From the IMG/VR virus record IMGVR_UViG_3300043103_000108, positions 1 through 38,425 of that record: a stretch of 38,425 bases of DNA. One strand, 5' to 3'. The notes beneath the pieces were generated by a model. It was not told the origin of the DNA, did no database searches, and saw nothing but the letters and a program-made list of their open reading frames with translations. Every line of letters begins with the position of its first letter. Positions within the stretch are counted from its first letter, which is position 1. The position numbers and the translations under genes were made by a program. Of this stretch, positions 8,341-18,279 are shown in pieces. Source of the stretch: a virus. Lineage: Duplodnaviria > Caudoviricetes.

Positions 8341-10187
8341 CTAAACTCCGACTATGCGTAGACATTGAAACCAATGGCCTAATGCCGCATGTAAATAAAA
8401 TCTGGTGTATGGTTGCTATCAACTCAGACACCGGAGAAGTACACTCTTTTTCTGACTATGACCCTAACTTACCTTCTTTGGATGATGGTTTACATTTTAT
8501 TGGTACTGCCGATATTATTTATGGTCACAACTTTATTGGTTATGACTTGGTTGTACTTAAGCACCTTACTGGCTGGTCACCTCCTGAGTCAGTAAAAGTA
8601 ATTGATACATGGATCATGTCTCAAACAAACCAGTTCAAACGAGATCATAAGCATGGTCTTGAAGGTTGGGGTTCTAAGCTTGGATTCCCTAAGTTAGAGT
8701 TCAATGATTGGGAAGGTGGATTCACCCAAGAAATGCTTACTTACTGTATCCGTGACGTTGAACTAAACGTTAAGGTATATAAGGTCTTAGTAGAAGAAGC
8801 TAAGAAAATCATCGGTAAATTCCCATTGTACGCTAAGGGTCTTGATGTAGAGAATCGCTTTGCTGCTATCGAGGCTGACATCCGTAATAAGGGTTGGGTC
8901 TTTGATATGGCTGGTGCTCAAACGTTACTGACACGTATGAACAACGAGATGGACCGTATTGAAGGTGTATTAGAGCCTTTGATTGGTCTACGCTGTATTA
9001 AAAAAGATAAACCAGATGAATTCAAAGAACCTGCTTGGCGTAAAGATGGTTGTTACACCGTGGCTACCGTCAAACACTTTGGCTATACTCAAGAGTCCGG
9101 ACGTGAAGATCGACCTATTACCGGGCCGTATTGCCGTATCAACTTTGAGCAAGGAAAAGTTGGTAGTATTGAAGTCGTAAAAGACTACTTATACTCTATC
9201 GGATGGGTACCTGATGAATGGAACGTTGAAAAGATCAATGGTAAATTCGTCAACAAGTCACCAAAGATTACTGATACTTCCTTAGAGTCTCTTGGTGGTG
9301 CTGCCCCTTTAATCAGTGAATACTATACCTTACGAGCACGTAAAGGTATTCTAGAAGGATGGATTCGTGAAGCAGCAGAACACCCAGACCACCGTCTTCA
9401 TGGTCGTATGTGGACTATTGGTACTCCTACCTTTAGGTGTCGCCACGAGGTTATTGCTAATCTACCTAGCGTTGACGCTGTTTATGGCAAAGAGATGCGT
9501 GGATTATTGCAGTGTGAGCCTGGAACAATCATTGTCGGGGCTGACTCTGCTGGTAACCAAATGCGTGGTCTTTGTCACTATATTAATAACGATGATTTTA
9601 CTAATGAGGTAATCAATGGAGATGTACATCAACGAAATGCTACTGCTCTTGGTACTAGCCGTAAGCTCGCTAAACCTTTTCTTTATGCTTTCTTATTTGG
9701 CGGTGGTGCTGGTAAACTGGGACTCATTCTCACAGGAAAAAGAGATGCTAAAGTGGGACAAGAGGCTATTGGAAAGTTTGAAAACTCAATTCCGGGACTC
9801 AAGGAACTGCGAGACAAGCTCACAGGTCAGTTCGAAAGAACAGAACAAGCCTTTGGTAAAGGAAACGGGTGGGTCCGTGGCCTTGACGGACGCATCGTCT
9901 TTGTCGGATCAGGCCATCAAGTATTAAACTATGTACTACAAACAGCAGAAGGAATCACATGTAAAGCTGCAGCAGTATATATGCAGGATGAGATGCGTAA
10001 GCGTAGAATTCCTCACTACTTTGCTTTGCATTACCATGATGAATTTGCAATCGTGGTTCCTGAAGACTTTGAGCAGGAAGTAAAAGAGTTATCTATTGAA
10101 GCGTTCACTGAAGCGCCTAAATGGTTTGGTATTAATTGCATGGGCGGTGACGCTCACACAGGAAAAACATATGCAGAAGTTCATTAA
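8337..10187 (+). CDS. DNA polymerase family A (T7 gp5-like) with 3'-5' exonuclease
   Basis: ExoI DIET, ExoII HNFIGYD, ExoIII YCIRD; motif A DSAGNQMR, motif B RKLAKPFLYAFLFG, motif C YHDE. Confidence 0.95.
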   Translation: MTKLRLCVDIETNGLMPHVNKIWCMVAINSDTGEVHSFSDYDPNLPSLDDGLHFIGTADIIYGHNFIGYDLVVLKHLTGWSPPESVKVIDTWIMSQTNQFKRDHKHGLEGWGSKLGFPKLEFNDWEGGFTQEMLTYCIRDVELNVKVYKVLVEEAKKIIGKFPLYAKGLDVENRFAAIEADIRNKGWVFDMAGAQTLLTRMNNEMDRIEGVLEPLIGLRCIKKDKPDEFKEPAWRKDGCYTVATVKHFGYTQESGREDRPITGPYCRINFEQGKVGSIEVVKDYLYSIGWVPDEWNVEKINGKFVNKSPKITDTSLESLGGAAPLISEYYTLRARKGILEGWIREAAEHPDHRLHGRMWTIGTPTFRCRHEVIANLPSVDAVYGKEMRGLLQCEPGTIIVGADSAGNQMRGLCHYINNDDFTNEVINGDVHQRNATALGTSRKLAKPFLYAFLFGGGAGKLGLILTGKRDAKVGQEAIGKFENSIPGLKELRDKLTGQFERTEQAFGKGNGWVRGLDGRIVFVGSGHQVLNYVLQTAEGITCKAAAVYMQDEMRKRRIPHYFALHYHDEFAIVVPEDFEQEVKELSIEAFTEAPKWFGINCMGGDAHTGKTYAEVH

Positions 10188-10341
10188 GTATTTAGTGTGG
10201 ACAGTAGTAGCTACACTACTTTCTCCATTTATTATCATTGGTTTCTTAGGAACCACTATCGCTGGTGCAATAGTAGTAGGAGCTGAATCAACAGGCACAG
10301 TGTTCAACGTACTAAGTAAATGGGTACAATCGGATGACTGA
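10171..10341 (+). CDS. small membrane protein
   Basis: AGGA RBS before ATG 10171; long hydrophobic segment. Confidence 0.55.
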   Translation: MQKFIKYLVWTVVATLLSPFIIIGFLGTTIAGAIVVGAESTGTVFNVLSKWVQSDD

Positions 10342-11137
10342 ACGTAACTTTGATGAGGTAATCATTGACGTAGATAGTATTATCTACCAGATCGCCTTCA
10401 CTACTCCTTCACCAGCATTAGCTAAGAAGTCTCTTGATAATTTTATTAAAGAAATTATTGAGACTACTGACTCTAGCAATGCTCTTATCTTTATGAAAGG
10501 TTCTAACAACTTCAGGTACCTTTGTGACCCTGAATATAAGAACACCCGTAAAGATACTATTGAACCAGAGATCAAAGAGCGTATCGAGAAACTATACGAG
10601 TATGCTCAAGAGTTCTGTACTAAAGGTGACGATGGTGAAGCAGATGACTACTGTTCTATCTACGCTAAGAAAGCTTTAGATGAAGATCGACCGTATGTAG
10701 TAGCTCATATCGATAAAGACCTTAACTGTATTCCCGGTTGGCACTACAACTTTCGTAAAAAAGAGTTTTACTTCATGGATGATTCAGAAGCTTACCGCTT
10801 CTTAATGATGCAGGTCTTAACAGGAGATGCTACCGATAACATACAAGGACTACGTGGTGTAGGTGAAAAGACAGCTATCAAACTTACTAAAGACACACCT
10901 AATAATCTACTGTGGTCTAAGGTTATTGATCTTTGGAAAGCTAAACAACCAGAAACTTGGCATAATAACTTTCTTAAGTGTGCTAACTGTATCTACATGA
11001 GAGAACGTCTTGATGACCTACGACCACTTGATTTTGAAGAATTAAAAGAACGTTTAACTTGGAATAATAATGGCAACGAAGAAACCTCTAACACCGTGGA
11101 TGTATCAGGAACAACTGTTTCAGACACCGAACAATAA
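10334..11137 (+). CDS. 5'-3' exonuclease (T7 gp6 / FEN family)
   Basis: IIDVDS, YKNTR, EADD, DKDL, GDATDNIQGLRGVGEKTA (H3TH). Confidence 0.92.
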   Translation: MTERNFDEVIIDVDSIIYQIAFTTPSPALAKKSLDNFIKEIIETTDSSNALIFMKGSNNFRYLCDPEYKNTRKDTIEPEIKERIEKLYEYAQEFCTKGDDGEADDYCSIYAKKALDEDRPYVVAHIDKDLNCIPGWHYNFRKKEFYFMDDSEAYRFLMMQVLTGDATDNIQGLRGVGEKTAIKLTKDTPNNLLWSKVIDLWKAKQPETWHNNFLKCANCIYMRERLDDLRPLDFEELKERLTWNNNGNEETSNTVDVSGTTVSDTEQ

Positions 11138-11804
11138 ATTTGGGTTTGTATACTTAGTTACTTGTACACACCCTGAATACTCAAAGAAATATATAGGCCG
11201 TAAATTCTTTTACACTAACTTTGGTAAGAAAACAAAACAAAAAGAATCTGATTGGGCTACCTACAAAACATCCTCTACTTATGTGAAAGAAGCTATTAAG
11301 AAGTACGGATTAGATTACTTTACGTTTGAAATCATACAATTGTTTGATACCAGAGCTGGTGTAGTATCTGCTGAAGTAGAACTACAATGGGCTGCTAGAG
11401 TATTACATGCTGTTAATGAAGCAGGAGAACGTATTTATATTAATCAGGCCATTGGTAATATTAAATTCATTGCTAAAGAACAGTTGTCTGAAGAGCATAA
11501 ACAAAAACTTATGGGGCCAAAGCATAACCAATCCTTTAAAGATGAGCTAAGCAATAGATCTATAGGTAATAAATACAATGAAGGTAATAAGCACTCTGAA
11601 GTAACTAAAGCTTTAATTGGTAAAGCAGCTAAAAAGAACAATACAAAATATCGTATCGTTGGTATTAACTTGTCACTTAAATGCGCTACATCTTATAAAG
11701 GAAGGCAAGCATTAATTGACGCTGGTTTTGATCCTGCTAATGTTTACCGTTGTTGTAATGGCAAACAAAAGACCCACAAGAACAATACATTTCAATATGA
11801 GTAA
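11070..11804 (+). CDS. GIY-YIG endonuclease with NUMOD3- and NUMOD1-like DNA-binding modules (homing-endonuclease architecture)
   Basis: GFVY-x11-YIGRK; HSEVTKALIG; DPANVYRCCNGKQKTHK. Confidence 0.85.
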   Translation: MATKKPLTPWMYQEQLFQTPNNKFGFVYLVTCTHPEYSKKYIGRKFFYTNFGKKTKQKESDWATYKTSSTYVKEAIKKYGLDYFTFEIIQLFDTRAGVVSAEVELQWAARVLHAVNEAGERIYINQAIGNIKFIAKEQLSEEHKQKLMGPKHNQSFKDELSNRSIGNKYNEGNKHSEVTKALIGKAAKKNNTKYRIVGINLSLKCATSYKGRQALIDAGFDPANVYRCCNGKQKTHKNNTFQYE

Positions 11805-11961
11805 GAAAAATAAACCAATCAAGAACTTTCAATATGAGGATGAAGTCTCACTAAAGGATGAATTCAAAAACAAGTTCAAAGAGAAAAAACAAACTCAACA
11901 ACAAGCTCATGAGCGTAGACAACGCCTAAGAGAACTCAAAGAAGACCGAGACTGGAATTAA
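11797..11961 (+). CDS. small charged hypothetical protein
   Basis: MSKKNKPIKNFQYEDE...; overlaps previous stop. Confidence 0.6.
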   Translation: MSKKNKPIKNFQYEDEVSLKDEFKNKFKEKKQTQQQAHERRQRLRELKEDRDWN

Positions 11962-11964
11962 CCT

Positions 11965-13569
11965 ATGTCACGATGGATCCACGCACCGTGTCTTAAATGT
12001 TCATCATCCGATGCATTTAGCTATAAAGAAGATGACACACATGGCTTCTGCTTTAGCTGCCAAAAGTCATCTCCAATCGACCCAACATATACACCAACTG
12101 AATATCACACTGAAGACTACAACATGCACACACTATCGGAGATTAATAGCTATGACACACGAGGATTTCAAGAACGAGGTATCACTAAAGTGGTATCAGC
12201 TTACTACGGAGTTAAAGTTTCGTATGCTGAAGATGGCACTATGGCTAGCCATTTCTATCCTTATACTAAAGATGGAGTGGTCGTGGCTTACAAAGAACGA
12301 AAGCTACCTAAGTCATTTGTCATCCACGGTGAGTTTAAAGGCGTACAACTCTTTGGACAAGCAACAGCTACTGGTGGAAAACGAATCGTCATATGTGAAG
12401 GAGAACTTGATGCGCTCGCTGTGGCACAAGCCCAATACGAGAAGTATCAACGATTTTATCCAGCAGTAGCATTACCTTCTGCCTCAGCTACCACAATGAT
12501 TCTTGAGCAACGTGAATGGTTACGTAGCTTCGATGAAGTCGTATTGATGTTTGATAACGATAAACCCGGTCAGAAAGCTACTCAAGCTGCTGCTAAGATT
12601 ATCGGCTATGATAAAGTAAAGATCGCTACACTACCTGAGAAAGATCCTTGTGATGTACTAGTCAAACAAGGTTCTACTGTTTTAATGAATTGTATCTTTA
12701 ACGCAGCAGCTTATAGCCCCTCAGATGTAGTCAAAGGTGAGGCAGTATGGGACCAATTTAAGCTCAAACAAAACATTACATCCCTACCCTATCCAAACTG
12801 CCTTAACTCCCTTAACGACAAACTCTTTGGTATGCGCTTGGGTGAAATTGTTTTGTTCACTTCAGGTACAGGTTCAGGTAAATCTACTGTTATTAAAGAG
12901 ATTGTTCTAGAAATTTTAAACAAGACTCAAGACATGGTAGGTATGGTCTCACTTGAAGAATCCATTGGTGACACCGCTGAGAAGTTTATTGGTATGCAAC
13001 TCCAAAAAACACTCAACAACAATGATGTACCAGAAGCAGAACAACGTGCTGCTTATGAGCAAGTGTTCGGCGATGAACGTCTAGTACTACTAGATCACCA
13101 AGGTTCTGTAGGTGATGAGTCTCTCATTGATAAGCTAGAGCACTTAGCCTTAATGGGTTGTAAATACATCATCCTTGATCACATCACTATTGCTGTATCT
13201 GAAGGTGCTAAAGGTAAAACAGGCAACGAAGCAGTTGATTCTTTCATGTCTGACCTACTGAAGATCACTAAGAAACATAACATCTGGTTAGGTGTTGTAT
13301 CTCACTTACGCAAAGGTGAGAAGCCATTCGAGGAAGGTCACATGCCCTCTATCGATGACATCAAAGGCTCAGGCTCTATCAAACAAATTTCATTCGATAT
13401 CATTGCCTTCTGCCGTAACATGGTTGCTGAAATGGAACAAGTCCGTAACACAATCAAACTTCGTGTTCTAAAATGTAGATTCACTGGTAAAACTGGTGAC
13501 TGTGGTAGTACTTCTTATGATACTAAAACAGGTCGTCTTAAACAAACCTCTTTCGTAGACTTCGAATAA
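11965..13569 (+). CDS. DNA primase-helicase (T7 gp4-like)
   Basis: CxxC...CFSC zinc finger, TOPRIM CEGELD/FDND, Walker A GTGSGKS, ILDH, SHLRK, GSGSIKQ, KCRFTG. Confidence 0.95.
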   Translation: MSRWIHAPCLKCSSSDAFSYKEDDTHGFCFSCQKSSPIDPTYTPTEYHTEDYNMHTLSEINSYDTRGFQERGITKVVSAYYGVKVSYAEDGTMASHFYPYTKDGVVVAYKERKLPKSFVIHGEFKGVQLFGQATATGGKRIVICEGELDALAVAQAQYEKYQRFYPAVALPSASATTMILEQREWLRSFDEVVLMFDNDKPGQKATQAAAKIIGYDKVKIATLPEKDPCDVLVKQGSTVLMNCIFNAAAYSPSDVVKGEAVWDQFKLKQNITSLPYPNCLNSLNDKLFGMRLGEIVLFTSGTGSGKSTVIKEIVLEILNKTQDMVGMVSLEESIGDTAEKFIGMQLQKTLNNNDVPEAEQRAAYEQVFGDERLVLLDHQGSVGDESLIDKLEHLALMGCKYIILDHITIAVSEGAKGKTGNEAVDSFMSDLLKITKKHNIWLGVVSHLRKGEKPFEEGHMPSIDDIKGSGSIKQISFDIIAFCRNMVAEMEQVRNTIKLRVLKCRFTGKTGDCGSTSYDTKTGRLKQTSFVDFE

Positions 13570-13739
13570 TGAAACCACATAAAAAGTTTTATATAGTATA
13601 CTGGTCAGAGCCTAGTGGATACTCTGAATTTACAGAGCTATACACCAAAGAATCTGACGCATATGAAGCAGCCGAACGATACCAAATCACTCATGATACT
13701 TTAGTATTCTCTGTAGATACAATTGAACTAATTAAATAA
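13569..13739 (+). CDS. small hypothetical protein (56 aa)
   Basis: TAATG coupling; fills the gap before the RNAP gene. Confidence 0.55.
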   Translation: MKPHKKFYIVYWSEPSGYSEFTELYTKESDAYEAAERYQITHDTLVFSVDTIELIK

Positions 13740-13740
13740 A

Positions 13741-15945
13741 ATGAATCCAACACAATATCTTACTGAACGTGTAGCCAAGGTAGTATTAAACTCAGATAAG
13801 ATCTACAATGAGGGTGCTCGTCTCCTTGCACATCACCCCACATGGGAATATGACTTAGAAAGGTTTATCAATGAATCATGGGACACACTACTTCGATACT
13901 GCATCCGTAACAAGAATGCGACACATAGCGCCTCTGTTAAACTCACTTTCGCTTCAGACCTTATCGGCAAACGAATTGCAAGAGCTATCGGAACTGATGA
14001 ACACAATATCAAATCCACTCTATCGCTTGGAGATCTTCTGCTTGAAACATTTTTACAAGACGGTCTAATTGATATCTTCCGTGAGTATGATGGTCGTAAG
14101 GCTCCATACATGGTACGGATTGTTAACCAAACAGACAACGTTAAACCCACTTTAATTGGTACTTCATTTGAACCACTACTACCTATCACTGGTTTGTATA
14201 GTCACCTTACCAAAGAACCGTTCATTAAAGGCTGGTCTAACAGTCGATTGTTCCATGAGTACCTAGACAAACCATTCATCAGGAGTTTAGAAACATTACG
14301 CCAACAGCCTTGGAAGCTTAACCTACCAGTGCTAGAGGCTATGGAAGCTACTTACCCTTCAGAAACTCTTGATTTAGTTGATGAAGATGGTGAAATCTTT
14401 GTCTACAATATTCATTATGAAAACCTTAACTTACCCAAGAAGCTTAACCACTTAGACGGTACTAAGTTCATGGGTAAGAAAGACCCTAAGCTACAACGTA
14501 TGCTAAGTAAGTACTTTGAATACAATCAAGTACTAAAGAAAGCACGACTAGTTAATGATCAAACCTTCTACCAAGAAGTTTCATGTGACTACCGTGGACG
14601 AGTCTACTATGCTGAATCATTCCTTGAATTCCAAGGTAGTGACTTAGCTCGTAGTCTCTTTTTATTTGCTAATAAAAAAGAAGTTACTGAACGAGGTTAC
14701 TATTGGTTATGTGTTCATACTGCTGCTTGCTATAACAAATCATTTACTATTGATGAGCTTGGAAGACAGGGATTCACTACTGATTATGCTTCATACTTAG
14801 CAGAAGAAGGTCTAGATACTATCTCTCTAGATAAAATGACACTAGATGATCGTGCTTTGTGGGTTCGTAACAACAAACAACTCATTGGCAGTGTTGCTCG
14901 TTCTAAAATCCTAGACCAATCAGCTGAAAAGCCTTATAGCTTTTTGGCTTGCTGTTTAGAGATTGAAGGCTACAATCAATCAAAAATTCTACGACAAGAA
15001 TATATGTCAGGGTTCCCTATCCCTATTGATGGCTCTAATAACGGCTGGCAACATCTTGCAGCTATGTCTAAGGATAAACAAGCAGGTACGTTAGTGTCCT
15101 TAGTACCTACTCCTATCCAAAAAGACTTCTATGTAGCTGTTGCTAAAGAGCTTATCACTATCATGCCTGACTGGTTTAATGAGAAACAAATGCCTATGAA
15201 GCATATCCGTAAGGGTATTGCTAAACGAGGTTCTATGACTCGTGCTTACTCAGCAGGTAAACAACGTATCGCCAAGAACATGTATGATGATTGCCACGTA
15301 GAGGGTTTTACTGTGAAGTATAACATTGACCAAGATCAGTGTGATACTCTTGCAAGTAACTTAATTAAGGCAATTAACTCTGTATGTGCTGGTCCACTTA
15401 AAACAACTAAATATCTTCAAAAGATTGCAGAACATGAACTCAACTGTAATAGAAATAACCTTACTTGGCATACTCCTAGTGGCTTCCCTGTGGTTTACAA
15501 AGCTTATCTTCAGCACGAACGCAAACAGCGAGGTACAATTCGAGGTATTACGGGAAATAAAGATGGTCGTATTATGCACGTTATTAAAGTGGATGTCCTC
15601 AATAAAGAAACTGGCGATAAAGTACCATGCCGTAGGAGTTTTGCTTCGGGCATTAGCCCTAACGTGGTTCATTCTTATGATGCTGCTCACATGGCTAATA
15701 CTATTGTTGGGTTCAACGGTAGCTTTGGTGCTGTCCATGATTCGTTTAGTACCCACGCTAGTGAAGTGGATTTTCTACAAGAAGTAACTAAGATGAACTT
15801 CATTGCTCAGTATGATACAGAGAACTTCTTTAACACTCTACAAGATACTCTTATGGAGAATAAAGAATCATTCACTTTCCCTCAACCTGAAACAGGAAAC
15901 TTAGACCTCCAAGAAGTTTATAACTCAAAGTATTTCTTTTGCTAA
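13741..15945 (+). CDS. single-subunit DNA-dependent RNA polymerase (T7/N4-RNAPII type), short N-terminal domain
   Basis: DYRGRVY..FQGSD, motif A PIPIDGSNNGWQH, motif B RKGIAKRGSMTRAYS, SPNVVHSYDA, motif C VHDSF. Confidence 0.95.
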   Translation: MNPTQYLTERVAKVVLNSDKIYNEGARLLAHHPTWEYDLERFINESWDTLLRYCIRNKNATHSASVKLTFASDLIGKRIARAIGTDEHNIKSTLSLGDLLLETFLQDGLIDIFREYDGRKAPYMVRIVNQTDNVKPTLIGTSFEPLLPITGLYSHLTKEPFIKGWSNSRLFHEYLDKPFIRSLETLRQQPWKLNLPVLEAMEATYPSETLDLVDEDGEIFVYNIHYENLNLPKKLNHLDGTKFMGKKDPKLQRMLSKYFEYNQVLKKARLVNDQTFYQEVSCDYRGRVYYAESFLEFQGSDLARSLFLFANKKEVTERGYYWLCVHTAACYNKSFTIDELGRQGFTTDYASYLAEEGLDTISLDKMTLDDRALWVRNNKQLIGSVARSKILDQSAEKPYSFLACCLEIEGYNQSKILRQEYMSGFPIPIDGSNNGWQHLAAMSKDKQAGTLVSLVPTPIQKDFYVAVAKELITIMPDWFNEKQMPMKHIRKGIAKRGSMTRAYSAGKQRIAKNMYDDCHVEGFTVKYNIDQDQCDTLASNLIKAINSVCAGPLKTTKYLQKIAEHELNCNRNNLTWHTPSGFPVVYKAYLQHERKQRGTIRGITGNKDGRIMHVIKVDVLNKETGDKVPCRRSFASGISPNVVHSYDAAHMANTIVGFNGSFGAVHDSFSTHASEVDFLQEVTKMNFIAQYDTENFFNTLQDTLMENKESFTFPQPETGNLDLQEVYNSKYFFC

Positions 15946-15989
15946 TACCTATACTAACCCTAGTAATCCTTTGGTTATGGATACATAAC

Positions 15990-16010
15990 TAGTCGGTACC
16001 TAATACCAAA
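15990..16010 (+). promoter_or_regulatory. putative phage RNAP promoter (copy 3)
   Basis: TAGTCGGTACCTAATACCAAA upstream of the RNR gene. Confidence 0.75.
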
Positions 16011-16034
16011 CAATAACAACACAACAAGGACTCC

Positions 16035-17903
16035 ATGAACTCATATCAAGAACTTATCGCCAAATCCCGTTACGCTCGCTATCTCCCTGAGAAAAAGCGC
16101 CGTGAAAACTGGGGTGAAACAGCAGACCGTTGGACTGACTTTTTTAAAGAACAATTATCAGATAAAGTAAGTACCAACGACAGCATCTGGGGTATGTTAA
16201 ACAAAGAAATTAAATCTCTTAATACCCTACCTTCAATGCGCTCAATTATGACTGCAGGTGAGGCACTCCGCAGGACTCACGTAGCTGCTTATAACTGTAG
16301 CTACCTACCTGTAGACCATCCTCGTTGTTTCGATGAAGCAATGTACATTTTACTATGCGGTACTGGTGTAGGTTTTTCTTGTGAAAACCAATATACACAA
16401 CAACTACCTGTTGTTCCCCAACTCCATCAGTCAGAACACGTAATCGTTGTAGAAGACAGCAAAGAAGGTTGGTGTTATGCTTTCCAAGAGTTAGTATCTT
16501 GTCTATACAAAGGTATTATTCCTACATGGGATGTATCTTTAGTACGTCCAGCAGGTGCTCCACTAAAAGTCTTTGGTGGTCGTGCTAGTGGCCCTGACCC
16601 ATTAGTATCTTTGTTTAACTATACTGTTAAAAAGTTTACAGATGCTAAAGGTCGTAAGCTAAGTAACATTGAAGCTCATGATATCATGTGTAAGATCGGT
16701 GAGGTAGTAGTAGTAGGTGGTGTACGCCGTTCAGCTATGATTAGCTTAGGTGACTTATCAGATACTAGCCATGCTACTGCTAAGGCAGGTGCTTGGTGGG
16801 AAAATCATGGTGAACGTGCTTTAGCTAATAACTCAGCAGTATACCAATGTAAACCTTCTGTTGGTGAGTTCATGAAGGAATGGTTAGATATTTATAACAG
16901 CCATTCAGGTGAACGAGGTATTTTCAACCGTGAAGCATCACAGATTATGGCTGCTAAGTGGGGTCGCCGAGCAAAAGACGTTCAATACGGTACTAACCCT
17001 TGCTCAGAGATTATTTTAAAGCCTTATCAGTTCTGTAATCTTTCTACTGTTGTGATTGACCCTCAAGATACCCTTGAATCTCTCAAATTAAAAGTTCGCT
17101 TTGCTACTATCATGGGTACTATGCAGTCTACCCTAACTGACTTCCCTTACCTACGTGATGTATGGAAACAAAACACAGAACAAGAGCGTCTACTAGGTGT
17201 GTCTATGACAGGTATCTTAGATAACGCTATGCTTCGTGATATGAATACTCTAGAGAGTACTCTAACAATTCTCCGTGATGTAGCTCGTGAGACTAACAAA
17301 GAATGGGCAGCTATCTTAGGTGTACCTGAATCAGCAGCTATTACTTGTGTTAAGCCAGAAGGTACAGTGTCTCAGCTGACATTAACATCTAGTGGCATCC
17401 ATGCTGGACATGCTCCATACTACATTCGCCGTATTCGTCAAGATAAGAAAGATCCATTAACTCAGTTCTTGATCTCTCAAGGTATTCCTAATGAAGACTG
17501 CGTAATGAAGCCAGACCAGACATCTGTGTTTAGCTTCCCTATGCGTTCACCCGGATTTACTCGTGAAGACTTAACTGCTATTCAACATCTTGAAATCTGG
17601 TTAGCTTATCAACGTCACTGGTGTGAACATAAACCATCTGTAACTATCTCTGTTAAAGAACATGAGTGGCCTATGGTTGGTGCATGGGTATACGAACACT
17701 TTGACGAGTGTACTGGTATCTCTTTTCTACCTGACGATGGTGGTACTTATCGCCAAGCTCCCTACGAAAACACTGATAGCTCCACTTATAAGCGTTTACT
17801 CGATACTCTTCCTTCTATTGACTGGGAACTCTTCATTGAAGACCGTGACAATGTAGAAGGCGCTCAAACATTAGCGTGTACAGCTGGTGGGTGCGAAATT
17901 TAA
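16035..17903 (+). CDS. nrdJ: class II (adenosylcobalamin-dependent) ribonucleotide reductase
   Basis: YNC, GTGVGF, GGVRRSA, TNPCSEI, TCVKPEGT, C-terminal CTAGGC; no beta subunit nearby. Confidence 0.92.
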   Translation: MNSYQELIAKSRYARYLPEKKRRENWGETADRWTDFFKEQLSDKVSTNDSIWGMLNKEIKSLNTLPSMRSIMTAGEALRRTHVAAYNCSYLPVDHPRCFDEAMYILLCGTGVGFSCENQYTQQLPVVPQLHQSEHVIVVEDSKEGWCYAFQELVSCLYKGIIPTWDVSLVRPAGAPLKVFGGRASGPDPLVSLFNYTVKKFTDAKGRKLSNIEAHDIMCKIGEVVVVGGVRRSAMISLGDLSDTSHATAKAGAWWENHGERALANNSAVYQCKPSVGEFMKEWLDIYNSHSGERGIFNREASQIMAAKWGRRAKDVQYGTNPCSEIILKPYQFCNLSTVVIDPQDTLESLKLKVRFATIMGTMQSTLTDFPYLRDVWKQNTEQERLLGVSMTGILDNAMLRDMNTLESTLTILRDVARETNKEWAAILGVPESAAITCVKPEGTVSQLTLTSSGIHAGHAPYYIRRIRQDKKDPLTQFLISQGIPNEDCVMKPDQTSVFSFPMRSPGFTREDLTAIQHLEIWLAYQRHWCEHKPSVTISVKEHEWPMVGAWVYEHFDECTGISFLPDDGGTYRQAPYENTDSSTYKRLLDTLPSIDWELFIEDRDNVEGAQTLACTAGGCEI

Positions 17904-18279
17904 AACAGGATTCCCTGAGGGTCTCTTACAAGATGATTCTCGGGGCTTATCTAAATGGTTTGCAAGCCGTATAAATGCCCGAGAGACTGTCCGTAATGTA
18001 TTTAGAAAGAAACCAATGAACAAGCTAATTAAAGTATCAACTGACTGGTGTAATCCTTGTAGGATTATGTCTGAAATTCTTAGAGACATTGATCTTGAAG
18101 GTGATTTTAATACAACACTAGAAAACATTGATGCAGGTCAAGATAAAGAAATTTTGGTTAAACACCAAATTCGTAGTGTACCTTTCTTTATTTTAGAAGA
18201 TGAATATGGTGGTGTCATTCGTACCCACCAAGGTGCAATGACACTAGAAAATACTCGTAAATTTTTAGCTGGAACCTAA
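17887..18279 (+). CDS. thioredoxin (Trx domain begins at ATG 18016; possible 43-aa N-terminal extension)
   Basis: WCNPC active site, IRSVP cis-Pro motif. Confidence 0.85.
   Translation: MGAKFKTGFPEGLLQDDSRGLSKWFASRINARETVRNVFRKKPMNKLIKVSTDWCNPCRIMSEILRDIDLEGDFNTTLENIDAGQDKEILVKHQIRSVPFFILEDEYGGVIRTHQGAMTLENTRKFLAGT

Noticed and set aside
8413-17856. Alternative-frame ORFs inside polA, primase, RNAP and nrdJ
   Set aside because: Frame shadows of strongly supported genes with no motifs or RBS
17904-18015. Possible cobalamin riboswitch next to nrdJ (GCCCGAGAGACTGTCC resembles a B12 box)
   Set aside because: It lies downstream of nrdJ and lacks the GGGAA and CCCGCAACTGT core elements; the frame is open and probably coding
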